A stretch of DNA of 64,000 bases, from the NCBI GenBank assembly GCA_965215375.1, contig CBDCDO010000001.1:893567-957566 (forward strand), given 5' to 3'. The notes beneath the pieces were generated by a model that saw nothing but the letters and a program-made list of their open reading frames with translations, did no database searches and was not told the DNA's origin. The stretch comes from Dehalococcoidia bacterium. Its GTDB lineage: Bacteria; Chloroflexota; Dehalococcoidia; Bin125. Made by a program: the position numbers and the translations under genes. Shown here piece by piece: positions 1 through 9,748 of this stretch (positions within the stretch are counted from its first letter, which is position 1; every line of letters starts with the position of its first letter).

Positions 1-519
1 CGACACGACGAAAGTCGAACCGCTGACAACGACTGAGAATCGTCGGCTTGAGCGCCTCAGGATCGGTCGTCGCGAGAATGAACACGACGTGTGGTGGCGG
101 TTCTTCGAGCGTCTTCAGCAGCGCATCCGCCGCTGCGCCCGTCAACTGATGCACCTCGTCGATCAGGTACACCTTGAACCTGGCAGAACCCGGTCGATAG
201 TTCGCACGTTCCCGGAGCTCGCGGATGTCATCGATTCCCCGATTCGACGCTGCGTCAATCTCGACCAGGTCGAATCCCAGATCATCGGCCTCGCCCAGCG
301 CAGTCGCGCCGCCCGAGGCGGTACGTCCATTGATCGCGCGCGCCAAGATTCGCGCCGTCGTCGTCTTGCCAGTCCCGCGCGGCCCGCAAAACAGATAAGC
401 ATGCGAGATCTTGTCCTGCGCGACCGCATTCTTCAGAGTGCGGACGACCGTCTCCTGTCCGACCACTTCGTCGAAGTCGCCAGGCCGCCACTTGCGATAA
501 AGAACCGTCCCGCTCACAA
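1..519 (-). CDS. dnaX: DNA polymerase III subunit gamma/tau, N-terminal part (continues beyond window start)
   Basis: Reverse-strand translation gives VSGTVLYRKWRPGDFDEVVGQETVV...CGPRGTGKTTTARILAR...KVYLIDEVHQLT...LKTLEEPPPHVVFILATTDP...ILSRCQRFDFRR, the classic clamp-loader AAA+ motifs. GTG start near 517-519. Not in the ORF track because it runs off the window. Confidence 0.8.
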
Positions 520-577
520 CGAACCTCCGCCTACATTCCGTCCGATGATGTGATGATAGAACATGTAAGCGAGTTTA

Positions 578-1090
578 TCAAGTCCTCGCGGCCGACGGCA
601 ACCCCGCCCGAGTCAGCGCAACCCGCTCGAGCGCTTTCATCTCGATCTCCTCCAACGGCTCCTCATGATCGAAACCGAGCAGATGCAGCGTGCCATGTAC
701 GGCGAGCAATGCGAGCTCCTCCGCCAAGGTCACGCCTCGCGACTTCGCCCCCCGCGAGGCGACCGGCAGCGCGATCACGATTTCACCCAGCTCGGCCCTG
801 CCGTCAGGACGACGCAGCCCATCGAAATCGGTGTTGAACGAGAGCACATCCGTCGCCGAGTCCTCCCCGCGATATCGCCCATTGAGCCGCCGGACCGTGC
901 GCGAGTCGGTCACGCGCAACGAGACGACACGTCCAATCCGTAGTTTGCGCGATTCGAGGGTCGCTTGCACGCAGCGCTCAAGAGCATCCACATCCACACG
1001 GTGGACAAAGGCGGAATCGACGTGGATTTCGACGAGGTGCGCGGCGCTCACATCAGGAGAATATGGCCGCGACGGCGGCCTCGGCGGCAT
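578..1090 (-). CDS. ybeY: rRNA maturation endoribonuclease YbeY
   Basis: HGTLHLLGFDHE zinc-binding motif and ~150-170 aa size. The ATG at 1088-1090 overlaps the nuoN stop by 38 nt in another frame; the true start may be internal. Confidence 0.75.
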   Translation of the reverse strand: MPPRPPSRPYSPDVSAAHLVEIHVDSAFVHRVDVDALERCVQATLESRKLRIGRVVSLRVTDSRTVRRLNGRYRGEDSATDVLSFNTDFDGLRRPDGRAELGEIVIALPVASRGAKSRGVTLAEELALLAVHGTLHLLGFDHEEPLEEIEMKALERVALTRAGLPSAART

Positions 1091-2525
1091 TGATCAACAG
1101 TCCAGGATGCAGACCGATCACGAGCACGCCGGCCGTCACAATACCCATCGTGGCGAGCACGCTGGTGGCTGGTCGCGGCATCGCGGCTGGTTCATCGTCG
1201 TCCTCGGCGGAGTCGATGAACATCGCCTTGACCGGTCGCAGATAGTACGCAGCCGAGATCAGGGTGTTCACTGTCCCAATGACCGCCAGCCACGCTAGGC
1301 CGCTCTGGACCGCGGTCTCAAACAGATAGATCTTGCCGAAGAACACAGCGGTCGGCGGCAACCCGATCAGCGAAATCAGCGCGAACGCCAACACCATCGC
1401 TAGCCACGGCGATCGCTTGCCCAAGCCGACGTACTTGCGAATGTCGTAGCTGCCGCCATGCTGATTGGCGACCAGGATGATCACTGTGAACGCAGCCAGG
1501 TTGGTCACGGTGTAGCCGGCGAGGTAGAACAGAATCCCGCTCGCGCCGAGCAGCTCGCTGCGGTCCGCGGAGATCGCCGCCAGACCAATCATCAGCGTGC
1601 CTGCCTGGGCAACCGATGAGTACGCCAGCATCCGCTTGATGTTGTCCTGCCGTAGTGCGAGGAAGTTGCCGACGAACATCGAGATCGTGGCAAGCACAGC
1701 GAAAATCGTCTTCCAGTGCTCGGCCAACAAGTCGTCGCCGAGCGCCTCAAAGAACACTCGGATCAAGATCGCAAACGCCGCAGCTTTGGACGCCACCGAG
1801 AGATATGCAGCAATCGGGGTCGGAGCGCCGGTGTAGGCGTCGGGCGCCCACATCTGGAAGGGCGCTACCGCGGCCTTGAACCCAAATCCAGCGATCAGGA
1901 ATGTTGCCGCGAGCAGCAGCGCCTCTTCCTTGCCGTCCCCTTGGAGCGCGATGTACGACGCAATCTCGGAAAGGTTCGTCGACCCGGTCAAGCCGAGCAG
2001 AATCGCCATCCCATAGAGCAGCACGGCCGACGCAACAGCGCCAGTCAACAGGTACTTGAGTCCGCCCTCGGAACCCCATCGGTCCTTGTGGAATCCAACG
2101 AGGATGTACTGCGAGATTGACGTCAGCTCCAGCGCAATGAAGACCATGATCAGGTCTCGCGATCCGGCCAGCAGTTGCAGTCCGGCGGTCGAGAACAGAA
2201 TCAGGGCGAGATACTCGCCTCGCCGCGACGGCGTGCGCTGCAGCGTCTCCGTCGACATTAGGACGGCGGCCATCGCCGCGCCGGCGAGCAAAATCTGGAA
2301 GAAGATCGCGAACTTGTCAACGACCAGGACTCCGCCAAAACCCTGCTCTCCCACATGACCCTCGGTCAGCAGCACGGCGGAGTAGAGGATCGAACCCAAC
2401 AGCGCCGCAACAGCAACGCCCATCAGCACGCGTCGATCCTTGAGGAAGAGATCGGCAATCAGCAGGAATCCGCCGATCACCAGGAGGACGAGCTCAGGCC
2501 CAAGCAGGTTGACGTCGCTTAGCAT
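1053..2525 (-). CDS. nuoN: NADH-quinone oxidoreductase subunit N
   Basis: 490-aa polytopic membrane protein with the NuoN/ND2 antiporter-like pattern. Last gene of the nuo cluster; 1-nt overlap with nuoM. Confidence 0.9.
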   Translation of the reverse strand: MLSDVNLLGPELVLLVIGGFLLIADLFLKDRRVLMGVAVAALLGSILYSAVLLTEGHVGEQGFGGVLVVDKFAIFFQILLAGAAMAAVLMSTETLQRTPSRRGEYLALILFSTAGLQLLAGSRDLIMVFIALELTSISQYILVGFHKDRWGSEGGLKYLLTGAVASAVLLYGMAILLGLTGSTNLSEIASYIALQGDGKEEALLLAATFLIAGFGFKAAVAPFQMWAPDAYTGAPTPIAAYLSVASKAAAFAILIRVFFEALGDDLLAEHWKTIFAVLATISMFVGNFLALRQDNIKRMLAYSSVAQAGTLMIGLAAISADRSELLGASGILFYLAGYTVTNLAAFTVIILVANQHGGSYDIRKYVGLGKRSPWLAMVLAFALISLIGLPPTAVFFGKIYLFETAVQSGLAWLAVIGTVNTLISAAYYLRPVKAMFIDSAEDDDEPAAMPRPATSVLATMGIVTAGVLVIGLHPGLLINAAEAAVAAIFS

Positions 2526-4090
2526 CAGCCGCCTCCTGCATTGGCCGAGACGACCGTCTCAATACTCTCGACGATCGGCTCGACGCCCATTTCCAACAGA
2601 TCCATGACAATCGCTGGGTACACGCCCAAGAGCACGATCAACGCCATCAACGAGCCAATGATCGTGAATTCACTCCAGTGGTTGGCATCCGGCAATTTCG
2701 ACCACTTCTCATCTTTCGGCCCGAAGAACGTCCGTTGGAGCGCCCAGAGAATGTAGGCCGCAGCCAAGAGGACACCCAACAGCGCGACCGATACCGGCGC
2801 AGTCTGCGAACCGAATGCTCCGAGGAAGATTGTGATCTCGGCGACGAAGCCAGCCAGCGCGGGCAAGCCGAGGCCCGCTAAACCGGCGAACACCATACCG
2901 ATTCCCAGCAACGGCACGTAGTGCGCGAGCCCTCGCATGTCCGCGATTTGTCGGGTGTGGGTGCGGTCGTAGACGAGGCCGACCATCACAAACAACATGC
3001 CCGTGATCAGCCCGTGCGTGACGAGCTGCATCGCGGCGCCGCTCATTCCAGTCACTCCGAGCGCGGACACACCTAACAGCACAAATCCCATATGTGACAC
3101 CGACGAATACGCGATCAGCCGCTTCAAGTCAGTCTGTCGAATCGTCACAATCGCGCCGTAGACAATTGAGACCGCGCCGATGATCGCCAGTGCCAAGTCC
3201 GCGTCCGCTCCGACTTCGGGCATCAGCGTGAATAGCAGTCGAAGAATCCCGTACCCACCCATCTTCAGCAGCACCCCAGCGAGGATCACCGAGACCGCGG
3301 TCGGCGCGTCGGTGTGCGCGTCGGGGAGCCAGGTATGCAGCGGGACGACGGGCAGCTTGATCGAGAACGCAATCAGGATGAAGGCGAAAATCACTGGCGC
3401 CGGGAGGAATGCAGCCGCGAGCGCGTCCTGGCGAATTTCGCGGATGTCAAACGTGTCCGCGGCGACCCCCATCGCCAGGAATCCAGCCAGCATGAACGCT
3501 GACCCGAAGATCGTATACAGCACAAACTTGAGCGCCGAGTAGTTCCGGTTGCCGCTCCCCCAGATGGAGATCAAGAGGAACATCGGGATCAGCTCGAGCT
3601 CCCAGAAGAGGAAGAAGAAGATCAAATCCAATGAAGTAAACACGCCGAGTACTGACGTCTCAAGCACGAGCAGCCAAGCGAAGTACTCTTTCGTCCGCAG
3701 GTCGACCCTCCACGAGACCAGCACCCCAACCACCGTCAAGAACGCCGTCAGGAAGACCAGCGGCATCGACAATCCGTCGACGCCGAAGGCATACGTGACA
3801 TTGAATCCGACCGCCTCGGCGGAAATCCAGTCGAACTCGTCGACGAACTGGAATCCCGACACCGAGCGGTCGAAGATGATGAACATCACCAGCGCGATGA
3901 CCAGCGTCCCGAGCGAAATTCCCAACGCGATCCACTTCGGGTAGTCGGATGCGCCGTGCTCGGAGTATCCCGGCGCGTTCTGCACGAGCCACTCAGTCCT
4001 CGTGTGCTTGCCGGGCAGGAGCGCGATCAGCAACACACCCAGGAGGGGCAGGAAGATCAGTAATGAAAGGACGGGGAATCCCGGGTCCAT
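2525..4090 (-). CDS. nuoM: NADH-quinone oxidoreductase subunit M
   Basis: 521 aa with NuoM/ND4 antiporter-like motifs (WLPDAHTDAPT, GYGILR). Confidence 0.9.
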   Translation of the reverse strand: MDPGFPVLSLLIFLPLLGVLLIALLPGKHTRTEWLVQNAPGYSEHGASDYPKWIALGISLGTLVIALVMFIIFDRSVSGFQFVDEFDWISAEAVGFNVTYAFGVDGLSMPLVFLTAFLTVVGVLVSWRVDLRTKEYFAWLLVLETSVLGVFTSLDLIFFFLFWELELIPMFLLISIWGSGNRNYSALKFVLYTIFGSAFMLAGFLAMGVAADTFDIREIRQDALAAAFLPAPVIFAFILIAFSIKLPVVPLHTWLPDAHTDAPTAVSVILAGVLLKMGGYGILRLLFTLMPEVGADADLALAIIGAVSIVYGAIVTIRQTDLKRLIAYSSVSHMGFVLLGVSALGVTGMSGAAMQLVTHGLITGMLFVMVGLVYDRTHTRQIADMRGLAHYVPLLGIGMVFAGLAGLGLPALAGFVAEITIFLGAFGSQTAPVSVALLGVLLAAAYILWALQRTFFGPKDEKWSKLPDANHWSEFTIIGSLMALIVLLGVYPAIVMDLLEMGVEPIVESIETVVSANAGGG

Positions 4091-4099
4091 CTACCGCTC

Positions 4100-6115
4100 C
4101 TAGAACAACACGACGGCGATCCAGATGATCATGCCGCCGAGTCCGATTGAAATCGTTCCCGCCTGCACCCAGCCGTTCTGCACGAACCGAGCAGCGTTCG
4201 AGACCGCGAGTCCCTCGCGCCAGGCGTGATTGACAATCCCGTCGACCACGGTCGCGTCGAACCAAGCCGACGAACGCGCGATCCAGCCATAGAAGACACG
4301 TCGCGCGAGAACATTCTCGGCCAGTGCGTCGAGATAGAACAGATTCGTGGCGAAGCCTTGCAGCTCCGGAATCGGCCAAATCTTACCGAATCCGCGCGCC
4401 CGAATCTGCTCGCGATGATGCATGAACACATACGCGGCGAAACCAGCACCAAGCGCGAGCGCTGTCGACCCAAGGAAGACGCCCCAGCTCCAGTGGAACT
4501 TGCCGTCGTGCGGCTCCGGCAGCGCTCCGTAGACCCAGGTCTGGAACTCGCCGCCGAACGTCAGGAATCCAGATACCACCGAAATCACCGCGAGAATCAC
4601 CAGCGGCGTTGTCATGCTGCGCGGAGACTCATGCGGATGCGACGGATCCTCGTTGCCATGCTCGCCCGGTGCGACCTGTTCGCCGCCTCGATACTCGCCG
4701 AAGAATGTCATGTAGACCGCACGCACCATGTACGCCGCGGTCATTCCCGCCGCCAGGAGTCCAAGGACAAACACGCCCTTGTTGTTGTCCCACGCCTCAA
4801 TCAGAATCTCATCCTTCGACCAGAATCCCGAGAGGGGAACGATTCCCGCGAGCGCCAACGTGCCGATCACAAATGTCACGAACGTAATCGGCATCGTGTG
4901 TCGCAGACCGCCCATCTTGCGCATGTCGAACGTGTTGGTCGAGTGATTCACCGACCCAGATCCAAGGAACAGCATCGCCTTGAAGAAGGCGTGCGTCATC
5001 AAATGGAACACGGCCGCTGCATATCCACCGACGCCGATCGCGAACATCATGTACGCCAACTGTGAGATCGTCGAATACGCCAGCACTCGTTTGATGTCGA
5101 CCTGGACCATCGCCAGGACCGCCGCCCCGAGCGCCGTGCCCGCGCCGATCCATGCAATCATGTCGGATGCCGTGGACGACGCATGAATCACCGGGAAGAA
5201 TCGCGCCAACAGGTAAACGCCCGCAGCGACCATCGTGGCCGAGTGCACCAGCGCTGAGACCGGCGTCGGGCCTTCCATCGCGTCGGGCAACCAAATGTGT
5301 AGTGGGAACTGCGCCGACTTGCCGACCGCGCCAGCGATCAGCCCCAGACCGAATAGCGTCAACGCGGTCTGGCTGATCATCAGTCCGTTCAGAGCGAACA
5401 TCCCCGCTTCGGCGCCATGGTCGGCGAGCGCATTGATCTCTGCGATGTCTAGCGTCCCTGTGCGGCTGTAGATCAGAATCATCGCCGCGAGCATGCCGAG
5501 GTCGCCGAGTCTGGTGACCAGGAACGCCTTCTTCGCCGCCGCGGCCGCCGCCGGACGGTGGAACCAGAATCCGATCAACAGATACGAGGTCAGACCGACC
5601 AGCTCCCAGAATGCGAAGAGCATTAGCAAGTTGTCGGCCAGAATCAAGCCGAGCATCGACGTCGTGAACAAGGCCATGAACGCGAAATAGCGCCGATACC
5701 CGTGATCGCCGTCCATGTACCCGGTCGAGTACACCTGTACCAGCAGCGACACCCCAGTGACCACAACCAGCATCACCGACGTGAGGCCGTCGATCCGCAC
5801 GCCGAGATTGACCACCAACTCGCCAGCAGTGAAGAGCTCGTGCGTGCCGATCTCTAGGGGCAGACCGCGTACACCAATGGTGTCGATCAGGTTGATCACG
5901 GCGAGCACAAACGCGACGGCCAGCGCGATGATCAGCGGCGTCGATGCCAATCGCGGGCCGCAGAATTGGTCGGCGATCGGCTTCCACGAGCGCGGGTACT
6001 TGGGGTCCCACTCAGGAATCTGACGCTGCAAATTCTGGTTGAGCGCCGAAATCCCAGCCAGCACGAATGCCGTCAGCGGCAGAAACAGAATCGTCCAGAA
6101 GATGGTCTCGGACAC
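4100..6115 (-). CDS. nuoL: NADH-quinone oxidoreductase subunit L
   Basis: NuoL/ND5 pattern (WLPDAMEGPTPVSALVHSATMVAAGVYL). The track ORF extends to 6220, but the first 35 codons are Arg-rich junk. GTG at 6113-6115 gives the native N-terminus VSETIFWTILFLPL. Confidence 0.9.
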   Translation of the reverse strand: MSETIFWTILFLPLTAFVLAGISALNQNLQRQIPEWDPKYPRSWKPIADQFCGPRLASTPLIIALAVAFVLAVINLIDTIGVRGLPLEIGTHELFTAGELVVNLGVRIDGLTSVMLVVVTGVSLLVQVYSTGYMDGDHGYRRYFAFMALFTTSMLGLILADNLLMLFAFWELVGLTSYLLIGFWFHRPAAAAAAKKAFLVTRLGDLGMLAAMILIYSRTGTLDIAEINALADHGAEAGMFALNGLMISQTALTLFGLGLIAGAVGKSAQFPLHIWLPDAMEGPTPVSALVHSATMVAAGVYLLARFFPVIHASSTASDMIAWIGAGTALGAAVLAMVQVDIKRVLAYSTISQLAYMMFAIGVGGYAAAVFHLMTHAFFKAMLFLGSGSVNHSTNTFDMRKMGGLRHTMPITFVTFVIGTLALAGIVPLSGFWSKDEILIEAWDNNKGVFVLGLLAAGMTAAYMVRAVYMTFFGEYRGGEQVAPGEHGNEDPSHPHESPRSMTTPLVILAVISVVSGFLTFGGEFQTWVYGALPEPHDGKFHWSWGVFLGSTALALGAGFAAYVFMHHREQIRARGFGKIWPIPELQGFATNLFYLDALAENVLARRVFYGWIARSSAWFDATVVDGIVNHAWREGLAVSNAARFVQNGWVQAGTISIGLGGMIIWIAVVLF

Positions 6116-6119
6116 GCCG

Positions 6120-6314
6120 TTACACCTTCCCCAGGATTTCCCGCGCGACGTGCGTCTTCGAGTCCGGCACGTACAGCATGACCGGCGCGAAGTCGCCTTC
6201 GTCCTTGCGATCGGGATCAATCACGAATCGCACGGAGACCCCTTCCGCGTAGAGCAGCTCGCGTAACGTCTCGGCGACGTAGCGGTTCGGTGCGGTCATC
6301 AGTGGTGCCCACAT
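6120..6314 (-). CDS. small conserved-looking protein (59-64 aa) inserted between nuoK and nuoL; possible DUF2007-like fold
   Basis: Tightly packed: the nuoK stop is at 6322-6324, this ORF spans 6314 to 6120, and the nuoL GTG sits 4 nt later. Sequence MTAPNRYVAETLRELLYAEGVSVRFVIDPDRKDEGDFAPVMLYVPDSKTHVAREILGKV is not a GC-skew artefact (balanced composition). Confidence 0.45.
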   Translation of the reverse strand: MWAPLMTAPNRYVAETLRELLYAEGVSVRFVIDPDRKDEGDFAPVMLYVPDSKTHVAREILGKV

Positions 6315-6321
6315 CCCGTCG

Positions 6322-6636
6322 TCAGCCCTTCAATAAGGTCGTGCGATCGACCGAGATCGTCTGTCGGTTGCGATACACCACCAACGCCAGCGCCAGACCG
6401 ACCGCCACTTCGGCGGCAGCAACGGCGATGATGAAGACAACAAACACCTGCGTCGAGAGCGCCACCTCAGCCGATCCGAACCTCGAGAAGGCGATCAGCG
6501 TCAGATTGACCGCATTGAGCATCAGCTCGACGCCGATCAACACCCCAACAGCGTTCTTTTTCGACAACGCGATGAAGAAGCCGATGCAGAACAGCAGCGC
6601 CCCAAGCGCGAGGTAGTGTTCGAGTCCGATCATCAT
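6322..6636 (-). CDS. nuoK: NADH-quinone oxidoreductase subunit K
   Basis: 104-aa three-helix NuoK/ND4L pattern (LGALLFCIGFFIAL...GVELMLNAVNL). Confidence 0.9.
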   Translation of the reverse strand: MMIGLEHYLALGALLFCIGFFIALSKKNAVGVLIGVELMLNAVNLTLIAFSRFGSAEVALSTQVFVVFIIAVAAAEVAVGLALALVVYRNRQTISVDRTTLLKG

Positions 6637-7250
6637 GAGGACGCCTCGGAATCTGAGGCGCTCGTGACGATCGGAGGATCGACCACGTCAACCGGATCTG
6701 TGCTTCCGTCGCCATCGAGTTCCATCTGAAGCGACGCAGCGTGGACGGCGACGTCTTCGTCGTCCTGTCGCGCAAGCGCGATCGCGCCCACGAGCGCCGC
6801 CGTGAGCAGCACCGCGCCGATCTCAAACGGGAGGATGTAATGCTTAATCAAACTCTCGCCGATCAGCCGTGCCTGATCGGTCAGCGCCGCCTCTCGGACT
6901 GCGCCCCAATCGGTATCCACCGCGACCCACATCGTCGCAATCAAGACCATTCCCGCAACGATCCCCGCCGGCACTGCCGCGCGCGTTTGCGAGTTATCCC
7001 GCTCCGCCCGCGGAGTCAGCATGATCGCGAACAGCATCAACACCGAGATCGCGCCGACGTAGATCAGGACTTGTACCACGGCGATGAAGTCGGCCGAGAG
7101 CGTCAGATACAGCCCGGCGATGCCGAGCATTGACAGCACCAACCAAACCACCGCATGGATCAGGTTGCGACTGATCATGATCATCGACGCGCCACCGATC
7201 GTCATCGCAGCGAGCGACCAGAAGGCGAGATGGAAGCCGAAATCACTCAT
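6633..7250 (-). CDS. nuoJ: NADH-quinone oxidoreductase subunit J (with acidic C-terminal tail)
   Basis: NuoJ/ND6-like membrane protein; 4-nt overlap with nuoK. Confidence 0.85.
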   Translation of the reverse strand: MSDFGFHLAFWSLAAMTIGGASMIMISRNLIHAVVWLVLSMLGIAGLYLTLSADFIAVVQVLIYVGAISVLMLFAIMLTPRAERDNSQTRAAVPAGIVAGMVLIATMWVAVDTDWGAVREAALTDQARLIGESLIKHYILPFEIGAVLLTAALVGAIALARQDDEDVAVHAASLQMELDGDGSTDPVDVVDPPIVTSASDSEASS

Positions 7251-7265
7251 GGATTCCTCCAGCCA

Positions 7266-8570
7266 TCAGTCACCGCCCACCTGAAACTGCGGCTCCTCAC
7301 GTCGCGAAGCGACCTCACGCGCGGCCCGCAACCCACCGATGTCAGAACCCGCCATCCGAATCCGCGCCGGACGTCGGAGCGACTCCGATCGCGACACGCG
7401 AGCAAAGAGCATAACCGCTCCAAGCGTCAACGCGATATTGATGACAGCCATAATCGGCAGCGCGATCGTCGTGTCCCAGCCTTCGGAGATCAGCAGCGTG
7501 CGTTCCACAAATGCCACAACCACGAACAGCAGCGTCGCCGGCACGAGCGCCTTCCAACAGAAGCTCATCAGCTGATCGACACGTAGTCGAGGCAGCGTCC
7601 CACGTGTCCAAATCAGGAGGAAGTACACCGCGCCCGTCTTTGCGAGCAAAATCATCCAACTCGGCACCCACTGGTCGAGTCCCCAGAGCCACCATCCGCC
7701 GAGGAAGAATGTCGCGATAAACGCCGACACCACCAGCGTGTTGCCCAACTCGACCGCATAAAACAGCCCAAATCGCATCCCCGAATACTCAGTGTGATAC
7801 CCCGCGACGATCTCGGACTCCGCCTCGGAGATGTCGGCCGGGGTGCGGTTCAACTCAGCCGACGAGGCGAAGAAGAACGCAATCGCCGACAGTGGGAAGA
7901 GCAGGATGAAAATCACATCTTCTTGCTGCTGCCACTCCACGATCCCGTTGATCGACATCGTGCCGGAGAACACAACCAGCGTGAGCAGTGCCAGCACCAT
8001 CGGTACCTCATACGAGATCGACATCGCCACCGCGCGCATCGCCCCGAACAGCGCGTACTTGTTGTTGGACGACCAGCCAGCCATGAAAATCACTAGCACG
8101 GCCGTCCCCGAGACCGCCAAGAGGAACAGCACGCCGACATTGAGATCAGCAACCGACATCCGCGGCCCAAACGGGAGCACGCCCCAGATCAGGATGCCAG
8201 GGATGAAGATCAGCACCGGCGGCAGGAAGAAAATCAACTTGTCGGCTGCGCGCGGCGCGAGCTGCTCCTTGAGAATCAGCTTCACAGCATCAGCGACCGG
8301 CTGCAGCAGCCCACGAGGACCGACGCGATTCGGGCCATAGCGCTGCTGGAATCGGGCGATCACCTTGCGCTCAACCCAGATCAGGATGAGCAGCGTCGGA
8401 CCAATCACGCCCAGTACGCCCAGCGCTCCGAGCAAGCCGGTCACGATCGACGCCAACCAGTCCGGGCCCCAGTCGGCAATCCACTCGGTGATCAGCCGCT
8501 GCAGATTGTTCAGGTCGCGGAAGTCGTACCACGCGCCCAACACGCTCGAGAGGCCAGCGAGGTCGCTCAT
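7266..8570 (-). CDS. nuoH: NADH-quinone oxidoreductase subunit H (with ~90-aa C-terminal extension)
   Basis: NuoH/ND1 motifs (ERKVIARFQQRYGPNRVGP, GWSSNNKYALFGAMRAVAMSISYEVP). 434 aa versus the usual ~330-350. Confidence 0.9.
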   Translation of the reverse strand: MSDLAGLSSVLGAWYDFRDLNNLQRLITEWIADWGPDWLASIVTGLLGALGVLGVIGPTLLILIWVERKVIARFQQRYGPNRVGPRGLLQPVADAVKLILKEQLAPRAADKLIFFLPPVLIFIPGILIWGVLPFGPRMSVADLNVGVLFLLAVSGTAVLVIFMAGWSSNNKYALFGAMRAVAMSISYEVPMVLALLTLVVFSGTMSINGIVEWQQQEDVIFILLFPLSAIAFFFASSAELNRTPADISEAESEIVAGYHTEYSGMRFGLFYAVELGNTLVVSAFIATFFLGGWWLWGLDQWVPSWMILLAKTGAVYFLLIWTRGTLPRLRVDQLMSFCWKALVPATLLFVVVAFVERTLLISEGWDTTIALPIMAVINIALTLGAVMLFARVSRSESLRRPARIRMAGSDIGGLRAAREVASRREEPQFQVGGD

Positions 8571-9748
8571 CGATCGATCTCCCCCACCACGATGTCAATC
8601 GATCCCAATGTCACGATCGCGTCAGCTAGGGTACCGCCAATCGACATGTCCTTCAGCGCCGTGAGATTAATCAACGAGGGCGGTCGGCAGTGGAACCGGT
8701 ACGGCGCCGGACCACCGTCCGACACGAGGTAGAAACCCAGCTCGCCGCGCGGAGATTCCACCCGCGCATACGACTCGCCCGGCTCAGGCCGAGCATGCAA
8801 CGGCACATCAGCGAGATATGGTCCGTCCGGCAGCGTGTCCACGACCTGCCGCAGAATCTTGAGGCTCTCTTTGACCTCAGCCATGCGGACCAGGAAGCGG
8901 TCAAAGCAGTCACCCTTCTCGCCGACCGGGACGTCAAATTCGTAGTCCTCATAGCCGCAGTAGGGATTGGCCTTGCGAAGGTCCCAGGGCACACCGGTCG
9001 AACGGAGCACCGGCCCGGAGAGCGAGGAGTTAACCGCCATCTCTGGCGAGATCACGCCGATCCCGCGAGCCCGCGCGTGCAGAATCTCGTTCTCGAGCAG
9101 CAACGCCTCGTAATTGGCGATGTTCTCTGGCATGTCCGCCAAGAACTGCTCCAAGGTCGGCAGGAGCTCATCAGGCAGATCGAACGCGACCCCGCCGATC
9201 CGCATGTAGTTCGTCGTCAGCCGCGCGCCACAGGTCATCTCGAACATGTCGAGCACCCGCTCGCGGTCACGGAACATATGGAAGAGCGGCGTATGCCACG
9301 CGCCGCAGTCGTTGATGAACGTGCCATTCGCCATCGCGTGCGAGGCCACGCGCTGCAGCTCCGCGAACATCACGCGGATCGCGTTCGCGCGAGGCGGGAC
9401 TTCGACGCCCAGCAATTCCTCGGCCGCCAGACAGTACGCGAGATTGTTCGACATCGCCGCCAGATAGTCGATCCGGTCGGTGAACGGAATGTTCTGCGTG
9501 TACGTGCGCTCTTCCGCCAGCTTCTCCATCGACCGATGCAGATAGCCGATCCGCATCTCCGCATCCTGCACGATCTCCCCATCGAGCGTCACCTTGAGTC
9601 GGAAGACGCCATGCGTCGACGGATGCTGCGGACCCAGGTTGACGACAACTGGCTCAGAGCCCTCGCCCGAGGCGAGCGCCTCGATCGTGCCCTGCAACGC
9701 CAAGCGCGAGTCGTCCATCATCGGGCGAGTGTCGTCTGCGGTGGTCAC
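8567..9748 (-). CDS. nuoD: NADH-quinone oxidoreductase subunit D (49 kDa)
   Basis: NuoD pattern (NLGPQHPSTHGVFRL...RIGYLHRSMEKLAE...ESPRGELGFYLVSDG). Confidence 0.9.
   Translation of the reverse strand: MTTADDTRPMMDDSRLALQGTIEALASGEGSEPVVVNLGPQHPSTHGVFRLKVTLDGEIVQDAEMRIGYLHRSMEKLAEERTYTQNIPFTDRIDYLAAMSNNLAYCLAAEELLGVEVPPRANAIRVMFAELQRVASHAMANGTFINDCGAWHTPLFHMFRDRERVLDMFEMTCGARLTTNYMRIGGVAFDLPDELLPTLEQFLADMPENIANYEALLLENEILHARARGIGVISPEMAVNSSLSGPVLRSTGVPWDLRKANPYCGYEDYEFDVPVGEKGDCFDRFLVRMAEVKESLKILRQVVDTLPDGPYLADVPLHARPEPGESYARVESPRGELGFYLVSDGGPAPYRFHCRPPSLINLTALKDMSIGGTLADAIVTLGSIDIVVGEIDR

Noticed and set aside
89-553. 154-aa plus-strand ORF at the window start
   Set aside because: Antisense to a clear dnaX N-terminal coding region on the minus strand; Arg-rich composition typical of GC-rich antisense frames.
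4809-6011. 400-aa minus-strand ORF and several other long ORFs (for example 8690..9979+, 13677..14663+, 15132..16475+, 16563..18269+, 20635..22062+, 28674..30062+, 45497..46450+)
   Set aside because: Each lies opposite or out of frame to a confidently recognised gene. They have Arg/Pro/Ser/Ala-rich low-complexity translations characteristic of spurious ORFs in 65% GC DNA.
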